Below the pieces are notes generated by a model, which was given only the letters and a program-made list of their open reading frames with translations, did no database searches and was not told the origin of the DNA. DNA of 64,000 nucleotides, taken from contig CAZRZY010000009.1 of the NCBI GenBank assembly GCA_964604655.1, positions 47 through 64,046 of the forward strand, given 5' to 3'. Positions within the stretch are counted from its first letter, which is position 1. Each line of letters starts with the position of its first letter. The position numbers were made by a program, and so were the translations under genes. This document shows, in pieces, positions 21,971 to 31,814 of this stretch. Origin of the DNA: an uncultured Bacteroides sp. (GTDB lineage: Bacteria; Bacteroidota; Bacteroidia; Bacteroidales; GCA-2748055).

Positions 21971-22678
21971 ATGCACGAGATGAGGAGATTGATCACTGTT
22001 TTTTTGCTGGGGATGCTGTCCTCCGCTTTTCTCTTTGCCCAGGAAGGGGAAGGAGAGGGGCTGGTGAAATATACCCCCGCTTTTGAATTCAATGAGGGAA
22101 TCTTTGCCAATTTCGAGATGGTAAAGAACAATGATCCCATTCCCCCTGCCCGTATTGTGACCGAAATCGATATGTACGACAGGGAATTCTATGATAAGGT
22201 CACTTCACAGAAGGAGATCGTGATCTATGATCAGAATGGGGTGAAGAAAGTGATGAATACCAAGAATATCTGGGGATATGGCAGAAACGGAGTACTCTAC
22301 ATCAATGTGGGAGCTGCTTTTCACAGAATCAGCTTCGTGGGCAGTATTTCCCATTTTGTGGCTTCGGTTACCACCTACAATCCCAATTATTACGACCCCT
22401 ATTATTATAATCCTTACTACTCCAGCTCGTATTATTACAACAGGTATACGATGCCCCGTTCCAATTACGCCAGTACAGAGCTCAGGCAATATCTGCTCGA
22501 TTTTGAAACAGGGGAGGTGATGGAGTATGATACAGAAAGTGTAGAGGTGCTCCTAATGAAGGATCCGGAACTGGCCGATGAATATCATTCACTCAGGAAC
22601 AGGAAAAAGAAGCAGATGAAGTTTGTTTTTATCCGCAGGTTCAATGAAAAGCACCCCCTCTTTTTCCCGAATGAATAA
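21971..22678 (+). CDS. Secreted hypothetical protein with a Tyr-rich low-complexity segment
   Basis: Signal-peptide-like N-terminus (LITVFLLGMLSSAFLFAQ). Contains the segment YNPNYYDPYYYNPYYSSSYYYNRY. AAGGAGG lies 4 nt upstream of the ATG. No family recognised. Confidence 0.6.
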   Translation: MHEMRRLITVFLLGMLSSAFLFAQEGEGEGLVKYTPAFEFNEGIFANFEMVKNNDPIPPARIVTEIDMYDREFYDKVTSQKEIVIYDQNGVKKVMNTKNIWGYGRNGVLYINVGAAFHRISFVGSISHFVASVTTYNPNYYDPYYYNPYYSSSYYYNRYTMPRSNYASTELRQYLLDFETGEVMEYDTESVEVLLMKDPELADEYHSLRNRKKKQMKFVFIRRFNEKHPLFFPNE

Positions 22679-22716
22679 TTCTGACTTCCTTTGTTCAAAT
22701 TTTTTATACCCTACTG

Positions 22717-23574
22717 TTGATGAAAAAGAGCCTTGCTTTTCTGCTTGCCATTGGTCTGTGGATCCCCCTTCATGCCCAGCGGGAGTATCTTCCCACGCCG
22801 GAGGACCTGGAACATTTTCAACGGACCAGGACCTACGTGGTTCTGGGCGATAATCCTCTGTCGGACTACAACCTGGAGATACAGGATGCTGTTAAGAAAT
22901 ACTGGGATATCACCGAATATGAGTTTCTTCCATTCGATGAGTTTGGAGAGAAGAGCGCTGACAAGAACGCCTCCTTTCTCTACACCGCCACGGTGAGTTT
23001 TGAAAAGGATCGCTCTCAGACCCGATACACGTTCCTTTGCCTTTCGCTGGGAGGGGATTACTACAGCATTGATGAGATGAAGGATGTGGCCAATCTTCCT
23101 CTGGGATATTACGGGGTTGACGAGGACAGCTACAGTTACAAACTGGGGACCATGGTACGGTTCCTGCAGGACCATGTCAGGCTGATTACTGAGAATCCCG
23201 ATATGGTATCCCAGAATGTCTACAAGCACTACAATGACAACATGGGACAGGTAAGCAGGAAGACGCTCTACCTGGTGGAGGATGAGCTGGAAAGCGTTGT
23301 ATCCACCGAGGCAAGGATCCGCTCCGTATATCCATACGATGTGAAGATCGTGGAACCGGACAAGATCAAGGAATTGATCATGGACGGGGATGAAGGTGCG
23401 GTGTTTCTGCACAAGGTGGGACCTGAAGGTAGCAGGATGAATTCCAGGGTTTATAAGATCCTGATCGGTGCTGCCGATGGCACGTTCTACTATTTCGACT
23501 ACCACAAGTCAGGAAGGGATCCCGATGCTTTCCTGGAAAAGGATTTCAAGAAACTGGCCAGGGCCAACAAATAA
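22717..23574 (+). CDS. Secreted hypothetical protein
   Basis: 285-aa ORF with a signal-like N-terminus (MMKKSLAFLLAIGLWIPLHAQ). No family recognised. Confidence 0.6.
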   Translation: MMKKSLAFLLAIGLWIPLHAQREYLPTPEDLEHFQRTRTYVVLGDNPLSDYNLEIQDAVKKYWDITEYEFLPFDEFGEKSADKNASFLYTATVSFEKDRSQTRYTFLCLSLGGDYYSIDEMKDVANLPLGYYGVDEDSYSYKLGTMVRFLQDHVRLITENPDMVSQNVYKHYNDNMGQVSRKTLYLVEDELESVVSTEARIRSVYPYDVKIVEPDKIKELIMDGDEGAVFLHKVGPEGSRMNSRVYKILIGAADGTFYYFDYHKSGRDPDAFLEKDFKKLARANK

Positions 23575-23601
23575 GCCTTATTAACATCAAGTCTGCCCCC
23601 C

Positions 23602-24972
23602 ATGGCTGAGAAACCCTCCATTCCAAAAGGAACACGTGACTTTACCCCGCCAGAGATGGCCCGGCGGAACTTCATCTTCGACACGATCCGCTCGGTTTTC
23701 ACCACCTACGGATATCTCCCCATTGAAACTCCGGCCATGGAGAACCTCTCTTCCCTGATGGGTAAATACGGAGAAGAGGGAGACAAACTGTTGTTCAAGG
23801 TGCTGAATTCCGGCGATTTCAAAAACAAGGTGAGTCAGCAGGATTGGACTGTAAGTTCCCCGGCCCGTCTCGGAACCCTCCTCTCCGAAAAAGGATTGCG
23901 CTACGACCTGACAGTGCCGTTTGCCCGTTTCGTGGTACAGCACCGGAACGAGATTGCCTTTCCTTTTAAGCGATACCAGATTCAACCGGTCTGGAGGGCC
24001 GATCGTCCTCAGCGAGGCCGCTACCGGGAGTTTTATCAGTGCGATGTGGATGTCATCGGAAGTCATTCCCTGCTGAATGAACTGGAACTGGTCCAGATCA
24101 TGGACGAAGTGTTCAAACGGCTGGGCTTGAAGGTGACCATCAAGGTGAACCACCGGAAGATCCTTGCCGGCATAGTGGAGGCGATCGGGGAGCCGGCCGG
24201 GCGGCTCACCGATATTACAGTGGCCATCGACAAGCTGGAAAAGGTTGGCCGGGCGAAGGTGATCGGGGAGATGAAGGAGAAAGGGGTCTCTTCCGAGGCC
24301 CTGGAGAAACTCCGGCCCATTTGGGATCTTGCAGGCAGTGGTCAGGAGAAACTGCAATTCCTGCAGCGATTCCTGGTCCGATCCGTCACCGGCCGGGAAG
24401 GGCTGGACGACCTTAAAACACTTTTTGGATACCTGGAATCGGTAACCATTGATGCACCGGTGGAGTTTGATATGACCCTTGCGAGGGGGCTCAACTACTA
24501 TACCGGGGTTATCTTCGAGGTTAGCTCAGCCGAAATGCCCATAGGAAGTATCTGCGGAGGAGGAAGGTATGATGACCTGACAGGGATCTTCGGTATGGAG
24601 GGTGTCTCGGGTGTGGGCGTCTCTTTCGGTGCCGACCGGATTTACGATGTGATGCTGAAGCTGGAACGGTTCCCCTTAGAAGGAGTGCATAACACCCGGT
24701 TGCTGTTTGTCAATTTCGGGAAGAAGGAGGCCGCATTCATCCTTCCCATCCTATCCCAATTGAGGCATAGGGGGATCCCTTCGGAGCTTTATCCTGATGC
24801 GGCCAAAATGAAGAAGCAGATGAGTTATGCCAATTCCAGGGAAATCCCCTTTGTGGCGCTGGCTGGAGAAGAAGAGATCGGTCAGGGGGTGGTCACCCTT
24901 AGAGAGATGGAGAGTGGCAACCAGGAGCGGCTGACTCCTCCACAGCTGATCGACCGTCTTCAGCGCGGCTGA
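23602..24972 (+). CDS. hisS: Histidine--tRNA ligase
   Basis: 456-aa ORF with class II aaRS and HisRS motifs ([40 protein letters not shown]). Confidence 0.96.
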   Translation: MAEKPSIPKGTRDFTPPEMARRNFIFDTIRSVFTTYGYLPIETPAMENLSSLMGKYGEEGDKLLFKVLNSGDFKNKVSQQDWTVSSPARLGTLLSEKGLRYDLTVPFARFVVQHRNEIAFPFKRYQIQPVWRADRPQRGRYREFYQCDVDVIGSHSLLNELELVQIMDEVFKRLGLKVTIKVNHRKILAGIVEAIGEPAGRLTDITVAIDKLEKVGRAKVIGEMKEKGVSSEALEKLRPIWDLAGSGQEKLQFLQRFLVRSVTGREGLDDLKTLFGYLESVTIDAPVEFDMTLARGLNYYTGVIFEVSSAEMPIGSICGGGRYDDLTGIFGMEGVSGVGVSFGADRIYDVMLKLERFPLEGVHNTRLLFVNFGKKEAAFILPILSQLRHRGIPSELYPDAAKMKKQMSYANSREIPFVALAGEEEIGQGVVTLREMESGNQERLTPPQLIDRLQRG

Positions 24973-25049
24973 CTCCTCCACAGCTGATCGACCGTCTTCA
25001 GCGCGGCTGACTCCTCCACAGCTGATCGACCGTCTTCAGCGCGGCTGAC
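24931..25049 (+). repeat. 38-bp unit x3 plus a 5-nt partial copy, beginning inside hisS and carrying its stop codon
   Basis: Unit ctgactcctccacagctgatcgaccgtcttcagcgcgg repeated head to tail. The TGA at 24970-24972 sits at the copy1/copy2 junction. Confidence 0.95.
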
Positions 25050-25294
25050 CCACCTGTCCAAGAACATTCGGTCCGGCGCGCTATCTTCCCTTTTTTTTCG
25101 GTAATTCAACAAGGCTGTCTATCGCAGCGAATGCCGGTCACATCCTAAGCATCTCCATCCATTGCTCAGGGATGCTAATTTGTAACGTGCTTAACCACTG
25201 CGTAATTAATGCCAGGTTATTTCCGTAGCATCCCTGAGCTATTAATAGAAGGAGGGCTTGGGAGACAGCAGCATTAAAGTTAATATGCATCGAC

Positions 25295-26839
25295 ATGGAA
25301 AAGGAACACCTGATTACCACCGCAGAGATCGGATGGGAAAAGATCGATGAGATCATCACCACCGGTATGAAACTGAAGCTTTCGGCGGAGGCTTCCAAAA
25401 AGATCATCAATTGCAGGGAATACCTGGATCGCAGGCTGGACGAAAGCGACGAGATTCTCTATGGGATCAACACCGGGTTCGGATCCCTTTGCGATGCGGT
25501 TATTTCCAGAGAGAACCTTGGATTGCTGCAGAAGAACCTGGTGATGTCCCATGCCTGCGGGGTGGGGGATGAGGTCCCGGCCGGCATCTCCCGGTTGATG
25601 CTGCTTCTGAAAATTCAGTCGCTCTCTTATGGTAATTCGGGAGTGCAGCTGGCCACGGTGCAAAGGCTGGTCGATCTTTACAACCATGATCTTCTGCCGG
25701 TGGTCTATACCTATGGCTCGCTGGGGGCCTCGGGCGATCTGGCACCGCTGGCTCACATGAGTCTTCCGCTGCTGGGGATGGGAGAAGTGTACCATCAGGG
25801 AATCCGTTGCGAGGCCTCGGAGGTGATGGAGGAGTTGGGCTGGGAACCGATCGAGCTGAAATCGAAGGAAGGCCTTGCCCTCCTGAACGGGACGCAGTTC
25901 ATGAGTGCTTACGGGGTTCATCTCTGCATGCGTGTCTTCAAGCTCTCCATCCTGGCCGATATTATCGGTGCCCTGTCGCTCGATGCTTTCGACGGACGCA
26001 TTGAACCTTTCCATGAGCTGGTTCAGCAAATCAGGCCCCATCAGGGCCAGATAGTCACCGCCCGGCGCGTGCGCTGGCTTCTGGATGGGAGCGAATTGAC
26101 CGGAAGGACCAAATCACATATCCAGGACCCCTATTCGTTCCGGTGCATGCCTCAGGTTCACGGGGCTTCCAAGGACTCCATCAACTATGTGGCCTATGTG
26201 TTCCGCAATGAGATCAATGCGGTCACGGATAACCCCACCATTTTTCCGGAGGAGGATATGATCATCTCGGCCGGGAACTTCCACGGGCAGCCCCTGGCAC
26301 TGGCACTGGACAATCTGGCCATTGCCATGAGTGAACTGGGTAATATTTCCGAGCGGCGTACCTATCAATTGCTCTCGGGGACCCGTGATCTTCCGCCCTT
26401 TCTGGTGGCCAATCCGGGACTGAACTCCGGTTTCATGATCCCCCAGTATACCGCCGCCTCCATGGTGAGCCACAATAAACAACTCTGCAGTCCCTCTTCG
26501 GTCGACTCCATCGAATCTTCCCAGGGTCAGGAAGATCATGTCAGCATGGGGGCCAATGCAGCCACCTCCGCTTACAGGGTGATGGAGAACCTGGAGCGGA
26601 TACTGGCCATTGAACTCTACAATGCTGCCCAGGCGCTGGACTTCCGGCGGCCCGCCCGCACCAGTCCCTTCCTGGAGGAGTTTGTGAGAGCATATCGGGA
26701 AAGGGTCCCGTTCGTGAAGGACGACAAGGTGATGTACCGTGACATGGAAGAGAGCGTCCGGTTCATTCAGGAGGTGTCTCTCGACCTGCCGGACGATCTG
26801 CTGGTTATCCGGGATTATTCGCCTGCGGATATGAAGTAG
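25295..26839 (+). CDS. hutH: Histidine ammonia-lyase
   Basis: 514-aa ORF with the MIO-forming GSLGASGDLAPLAH motif and an HAL-like sequence throughout. Confidence 0.93.
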   Translation: MEKEHLITTAEIGWEKIDEIITTGMKLKLSAEASKKIINCREYLDRRLDESDEILYGINTGFGSLCDAVISRENLGLLQKNLVMSHACGVGDEVPAGISRLMLLLKIQSLSYGNSGVQLATVQRLVDLYNHDLLPVVYTYGSLGASGDLAPLAHMSLPLLGMGEVYHQGIRCEASEVMEELGWEPIELKSKEGLALLNGTQFMSAYGVHLCMRVFKLSILADIIGALSLDAFDGRIEPFHELVQQIRPHQGQIVTARRVRWLLDGSELTGRTKSHIQDPYSFRCMPQVHGASKDSINYVAYVFRNEINAVTDNPTIFPEEDMIISAGNFHGQPLALALDNLAIAMSELGNISERRTYQLLSGTRDLPPFLVANPGLNSGFMIPQYTAASMVSHNKQLCSPSSVDSIESSQGQEDHVSMGANAATSAYRVMENLERILAIELYNAAQALDFRRPARTSPFLEEFVRAYRERVPFVKDDKVMYRDMEESVRFIQEVSLDLPDDLLVIRDYSPADMK

Positions 26840-26944
26840 CGCTCCTTCATCAGGGGTATTTTCCCGCAACGCGCTTTTCCACTGCCTGCAAGATGCCAGG
26901 TCGCTTCTAAAACACCCTGATGATGATCCTGCTTTTCAAAGGAG

Positions 26945-27463
26945 TTAATAAAGAAGGTCCGGGAGCATGGGATGGGGAGCGTTTTCTTTATCGGGCCGTC
27001 CCCCGCGGTTGCGCTCCCGATCCTCTCCACGTAGTTTTCTCATCAGGAATTTCCGGAAATCCCACTCCACCTTACCCAGCATCAGTACCTTCCGGTAGGG
27101 GAGTACATCCATGAACTTATCCTGGTAAAACTCTTTTTCCAGTTTCAGCTGGGAAGTCTTCAGGTCGTGTAATTTCTCCAGAACTTCCTTGATTTCCGGA
27201 TCACTCAGATTGTCGGCATTCTGGTAGGCATATCTGTAGGTGTTGTGTTCATCTTCGATCAGCTTCATTTTCCGGTTATGGAAATCATAATAGATCGGCC
27301 AGAAGGATTCAGATTCCGATTGGGTCAGATCCAGGTGTTCGGTAAAATAAGCCTCTCTCTCCCGTTTAATGCGCTCCATCTGTTCCTCATCCTGGGCTCT
27401 GAGCATCGTGTTGCCTGAAAGGAACAGCAAAGCGATGAGTGCATAAGTGGCTTTCCGTATCAT
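26945..27463 (-). CDS. Periplasmic Spy/CpxP-like helical protein (tentative), third gene of the ECF module
   Basis: Signal peptide, then a charged helical sequence with LDLTQSE (LTxxQ-like). Lies downstream of the sigma and anti-sigma genes. Confidence 0.45.
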   Translation of the reverse strand: MIRKATYALIALLFLSGNTMLRAQDEEQMERIKREREAYFTEHLDLTQSESESFWPIYYDFHNRKMKLIEDEHNTYRYAYQNADNLSDPEIKEVLEKLHDLKTSQLKLEKEFYQDKFMDVLPYRKVLMLGKVEWDFRKFLMRKLRGEDRERNRGGRPDKENAPHPMLPDLLY

Positions 27464-27480
27464 CGTTGTTTCTTTTTGGC

Positions 27481-27990
27481 TTAATTAAATAATAATACCT
27501 CTTCCACATCATGGATGGCCAGGTACTCGATCACCTGGTTTTCGTAGGCTTCTTCCGGATCCAGTGTTTCCGACTCAGCGCTCATCAGGTCATAAAGATA
27601 TCGGTCATCTTCAAATACCTGCAGTTGCTCCAGCATGGCCATACCTGAATCTGCCTCTGAGGTGGCTGGACCGGGGGAAATCCACCGGACCAGGGGAATG
27701 CTGACCAGGGCCAGCACCAGCACTGCTGCAGCCAGCCATATGCGGTTGCGGGGAGAGCGGAACCGCTGGAAAGGAACCAGGTGGCCGGTATCACTGTCAG
27801 CGGTATGCTGATCTCCCCGGCCTCTTTGCTCCTCTATCCTGATCCGATCCTCTATCCTGATCTGCTCCTGCAGCCTGATCCGTTCCTGCAGCCGCTCAGG
27901 AAAACTTTCAAAATAGCCTTCCGGAACCCCGAAGGGAGCCTCTTTCAGCGATTTTTGCTGCAGATCCAATTTCTGACGTCTTTTTTTCAT
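27481..27990 (-). CDS. Putative single-pass membrane anti-sigma factor
   Basis: 169 aa with one TM (IWLAAAVLVLALVSIPLV). Lies immediately downstream of the ECF sigma gene. Contains degenerate 18-bp in-frame repeats (27830-27900). Confidence 0.5.
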   Translation of the reverse strand: MKKRRQKLDLQQKSLKEAPFGVPEGYFESFPERLQERIRLQEQIRIEDRIRIEEQRGRGDQHTADSDTGHLVPFQRFRSPRNRIWLAAAVLVLALVSIPLVRWISPGPATSEADSGMAMLEQLQVFEDDRYLYDLMSAESETLDPEEAYENQVIEYLAIHDVEEVLLFN

Positions 27991-28032
27991 CTTTTTCAGA
28001 CTAATGGTTTGACCGTTATCCCGGTAGAAGGT

Positions 28033-28581
28033 TTAATCCTCCCCGAGCATCGCTTCTATTTTTTTCACTGCATGATGGTAAGAGGCTTTTAGCGCTCCTA
28101 CGGATGTTTTCAGTATTTCTGACATCTCGTCGTATTTCATCTGATCGAAGTATTTCATGTTGAATACCAGTCGTTGTTTTTTCGGTAGCTTCAGGATGGC
28201 CTGCTGCAATTTGAGTTGGATCTCATCACCGTTAAACCAGGGATCCGATTCCAGTGTTTCACTCATCTGTTGCTCCACGTCCACCCAGGAGGCCATGTAC
28301 TTCCTTTTCTTCTGCTTCAAAAAGGAGAGTGCCTCATTGGTGGCTATCCGGTATAACCAGGTGTAGAGGCCCGAGTCGGATCGGAAATGGGCGATCGATT
28401 TCCAGATCTTCAACATCGTATTCTGTAACACATCATCTGCATCTTCGTGACTCACCACGATCTTCCGGATGTGCCAATAGAGCCGCTGCTGGTATTTCAA
28501 CACCAGCTGGTTGAACCCGGCCTCTTTTTCGCCGGGCTTATGGATGGCATCCAGAATATCCTTATCCCTCCATTCCGGCAT
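28033..28581 (-). CDS. ECF-type RNA polymerase sigma-70 factor
   Basis: 182 aa with sigma region 2 (DADDVLQNTMLKIW) and region 4 (MKYDEMSEILKTSVGALKASYHHAVKKI). Confidence 0.9.
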   Translation of the reverse strand: MPEWRDKDILDAIHKPGEKEAGFNQLVLKYQQRLYWHIRKIVVSHEDADDVLQNTMLKIWKSIAHFRSDSGLYTWLYRIATNEALSFLKQKKRKYMASWVDVEQQMSETLESDPWFNGDEIQLKLQQAILKLPKKQRLVFNMKYFDQMKYDEMSEILKTSVGALKASYHHAVKKIEAMLGED

Positions 28582-28648
28582 ACATTCTTGGCATTTGACC
28601 TTTTAGACGATAGGATTGCCACATAGTTTAAGCGGGATGGACCGGGGA

Positions 28649-30103
28649 TCAGTAGAAACGGACCGCCTCCGAGGAACCCTGATCCACCTCGAAATCCCTC
28701 ACCACACTGAAAGAGGTGGATTTCAGGTCACCCCTTCTGAAGATTACCCGGTAAGTGCCGGGTTGCAGGTAGAAACCCTGACTCTTTTTGTTCTCCAAAA
28801 GGTTCATCACCCATTTCTGCTGCCCTTCGCTGTTCAGCTGGTAAAGTGCACCCGATCCCGGTTGCTGCGAATGGAAGGTGACATATCCCGGGGCCGGAAT
28901 TTCCACAGTAGTGGTATAGCTCTGCCTGATCTCCACATCTTCGATGATCATCAGCGGATAGATGGGGATCTCCAGATCATAGCCACCTACGATGTACTTC
29001 CCCACATTGCCCATCTCCTGAATATTGATGGTACGGCTCTTCCCGGCCTTTCTTACCAGGATCTTTTCTTTGACGTAGGCATTTCCCCGGGAGGTTCGCA
29101 CGTGCAAAAATCCCTGGGGTACATCCAGGCCGATAATGTTGTGACGTCCCGTGACCAGTTTTACACTGTCGATGGATACAGGTGGAATAGTCTGGGCCAT
29201 AATACGATAGGTGCTCATATGGTCCAGGGAAAGGGTATCGGGATTCCCTTTGCTGTTCAAGGTGTGGATCATGTTGTAACGGATCACCCCGGAAAACCGG
29301 TCATAAAATACCACGTTGATATCGGTTTCGGTGGGAAAATCATTGGAGTCGAGCAGGTTGACCTGTGCACTGGTGGCATTGAGTGCCTCTGTGATCACCA
29401 CTTTCAGTGCATCTCTGAACCGTTCCTTGTCGGGTGCATCATAGTATTCGCCGATACAATCGAACGTCTCCCTGAAGCCGGGATCGTTTCCGATACCGAT
29501 CACAAAGGGCCTCAGGATGATCCCCTTTTTCTGAAGCTTCAGCGATACCGAGCAGGGATCCCCGTCACAGGCTTCCACCCCGTCGGTGATCAGCAGAATG
29601 ATATTCCGGCAATTCCCGCAATCGGGGAAATCATCCGGCGCAAGCTCCAGCGAACGGGCGATGGGAGTGGTGCCCTTGGGATTGATGAACCGCAGCTTTT
29701 GCCTGATCCGGGAGGCGTTGTTGGGGCTGAAGGGAACTTCCAGCTTGGTGTCACTGCAGTCCTGCGGAGGGACCGGACTCTGGTGACCGTATACCCTCAG
29801 TGCCATCTCCACATGCTCCATCTGCTCCAGGCTGTCCACAGTTTGGAGCAGAATATCCCGGGCAATATCAAACTTACGGGCTCCTTCCCACTGACCCGCC
29901 ATGCTGTTGGAGGCGTCGAAAATGAAAAGGATCCTCGATTTAGGGGTATACCCGGTGGTGGAGGTCAGCTCCTGAGCCTGCAGCGGCTTGGGCGCACCCA
30001 TTATAAGGAGGGTGAGCAGCAGCCAACATATCCTGTGCAGCCTGATTTCAGCCTGGCTTTGGATCATACCGCTACACGTACTTTCCGAAAGTATCTTTCT
30101 CAA
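28649..30103 (-). CDS. Secreted von Willebrand factor A domain protein
   Basis: MIDAS motif ILFIFDASNSMAG with a signal-like N-terminus. The start may be the internal M at 30067. Confidence 0.8.
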   Translation of the reverse strand: MRKILSESTCSGMIQSQAEIRLHRICWLLLTLLIMGAPKPLQAQELTSTTGYTPKSRILFIFDASNSMAGQWEGARKFDIARDILLQTVDSLEQMEHVEMALRVYGHQSPVPPQDCSDTKLEVPFSPNNASRIRQKLRFINPKGTTPIARSLELAPDDFPDCGNCRNIILLITDGVEACDGDPCSVSLKLQKKGIILRPFVIGIGNDPGFRETFDCIGEYYDAPDKERFRDALKVVITEALNATSAQVNLLDSNDFPTETDINVVFYDRFSGVIRYNMIHTLNSKGNPDTLSLDHMSTYRIMAQTIPPVSIDSVKLVTGRHNIIGLDVPQGFLHVRTSRGNAYVKEKILVRKAGKSRTINIQEMGNVGKYIVGGYDLEIPIYPLMIIEDVEIRQSYTTTVEIPAPGYVTFHSQQPGSGALYQLNSEGQQKWVMNLLENKKSQGFYLQPGTYRVIFRRGDLKSTSFSVVRDFEVDQGSSEAVRFY

Positions 30104-30223
30104 AGGGACGATCAGACTTAAATGATTCCAATGATTACCCGGTTCAGGTTAAAGATATAACGCTGACTGCCACTTAAAAGTACAAAATTCGCCTGAAGAA
30201 TTCCGGGGAGTTACGAACAGGGT

Positions 30224-31807
30224 TTATTCGTCGATTTTAAGAATCCTGAAGCTTTTACCAGCAGAGTCAGATCCTCGTATCTGTAGCAGATAGAGTCCGT
30301 TATCCAGCTGTTTCATAGGAATTTGGATAAATGATTTATCCATTTTGAGGTCCTTTTGCCAGACTATCCTTCCAGAGGAGTGAACAAGGGTCAGGCAGAG
30401 GCCCTGTCCGACGGGCAGATTGCTCTTTATGTTCAACCTATTATTGACGGGATTGGGCCAGATGCGGAACTCCGGTAACGGATCGGACGGAAGGCCGGTG
30501 GTCTCTTGTGGCTGAAGGCGGACCGGGAGCCAGGTGGCCCGGTAGTCGGTGACAGGGACGGCAGACAGGGTATCGTTCAGGTATCCGGGGGCGGAGGCGA
30601 TCAGTTCATAGGTTCCCTCTTTGATCAGCCGGTAGAAATCTCCATGCAGTTCAGAGCTGTGGACGGTGGAGTAAGACTCGTCATGGCCGGGAAGGGTGAT
30701 CAGGGCCCGAAGCGGCTTCCCGGTCTCCGCGTCGGTTACCTGACCCCGGATCCCGTAAGTGCACTGGGCCATATAGTTGAGCAGCGACCGCCGGTTGATC
30801 TGCCAGTGGTCCTCCAGAAGGTCCGATTCCAGCTTTTTCACATTGGAAAGCTCCAGGGTCACCTCCCGTCCCTCCAGGTAGTAGTTCATGTAATCCTGCC
30901 GGCCGCCGTAAATAATATACCATTTTGCCCCGTTGGTGATCCCCTCATCGGGCCAGCCGAACATGTAGTCCGGATCCACCGCCCGGGCTTCGTCGGCATA
31001 TTCCCGGGAAACGAAGCGGTACCAGGCATCATCGGCGTGTAGATCAAAAGTGTGGTCCCAGGGGTAGTTGACCACCTCCGCTCCGCTGTGCAGGTTGGCC
31101 GAAAGGGTGAAACGGTACCGGTGCAGGAACTCCATCATCTCCCGGGTTTCCCGCTCACGTCCGGTGGTGTCGTCCGGCTGAGAGAGGGCCGGATCGGGAA
31201 AGTCGCGGTTCAGATTGACCCCGTTCACATTGTTCCGGATGGAACGGAAGAGCGAAAGGTCCTGGTCGTTGGAATAGCTTCCATCGGGGTTGGCCAGGGG
31301 ATTGATCCAGATTTCCAGACTGTCCACCAGGTACGTTACCTCATTGTCGGTGCCGTATCCCTCCAGCAGGTGGTGTGCCAGGCGAAGCAACAGTATGTAG
31401 CCCGCCAGCTCGTCGCCGTGCATGGTGGAGGTGTAGAGGAATTTTGCTTCAGGCTCCTCCTGACCGGGGTTATCGGTGATCTTAAGAGCCAGTAATAACC
31501 GTCCCTCCGTGGAGGTGCCGAAGGTATCGAGCCTGCAGATGGCGGGGTAGTCTCTTGCAAATCCCTGCATCATATCCAGGTATTGCGGGTAGGTGGGATA
31601 TTTCCGGAAGGTAAGAGCCTCCTCCAGGTCCTGAGCCATATCGCTGTCATCGAACTGCCCCTCCAGCCACTGGGCCTGAAGGGAAAAAGCCCCTGATACG
31701 ATGAAGCATGCTATCCACAGAGCATGGAGGGCTGGTAGTGCCCCAAAGCGTTTTTTTGGAACCCGAGGCAGCCACAGCCCTTTAAGAAACCGCCTTGCGG
31801 TATGCAT
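30224..31807 (-). CDS. M14 zinc carboxypeptidase with T9SS C-terminal sorting domain
   Basis: M14 motifs (MHGDELAG, NLHSGAEVVNYPWD). C-terminus has WPNPVNNRL...LYLLQIRG.... The start is placed at ATG 31807 (MHTARRF), which avoids overlap with the ychF end. The ORF is open to 31849. Confidence 0.85.
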   Translation of the reverse strand: MHTARRFLKGLWLPRVPKKRFGALPALHALWIACFIVSGAFSLQAQWLEGQFDDSDMAQDLEEALTFRKYPTYPQYLDMMQGFARDYPAICRLDTFGTSTEGRLLLALKITDNPGQEEPEAKFLYTSTMHGDELAGYILLLRLAHHLLEGYGTDNEVTYLVDSLEIWINPLANPDGSYSNDQDLSLFRSIRNNVNGVNLNRDFPDPALSQPDDTTGRERETREMMEFLHRYRFTLSANLHSGAEVVNYPWDHTFDLHADDAWYRFVSREYADEARAVDPDYMFGWPDEGITNGAKWYIIYGGRQDYMNYYLEGREVTLELSNVKKLESDLLEDHWQINRRSLLNYMAQCTYGIRGQVTDAETGKPLRALITLPGHDESYSTVHSSELHGDFYRLIKEGTYELIASAPGYLNDTLSAVPVTDYRATWLPVRLQPQETTGLPSDPLPEFRIWPNPVNNRLNIKSNLPVGQGLCLTLVHSSGRIVWQKDLKMDKSFIQIPMKQLDNGLYLLQIRGSDSAGKSFRILKIDE

Positions 31808-31814
31808 GGAACGC

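Noticed and set aside
25140-25260. Possible tRNA or tRNA-like gene (minus strand contains AGTGGTTAAGCAC, reminiscent of a D-arm)
   Set aside because: I could not build an acceptor stem, anticodon stem or T-arm (no GTTCRA-type box). It is better described as a simple 14-bp inverted repeat.
28616-30121. 501-aa ORF on the plus strand
   Set aside because: It is fully antisense to the vWA-domain gene, whose translation has a clear MIDAS motif and signal peptide. The plus-strand product is low-complexity (G/H/P/Q/L-rich) with no motif. It is a shadow ORF, expected when the sense strand avoids TTA, CTA and TCA codons.
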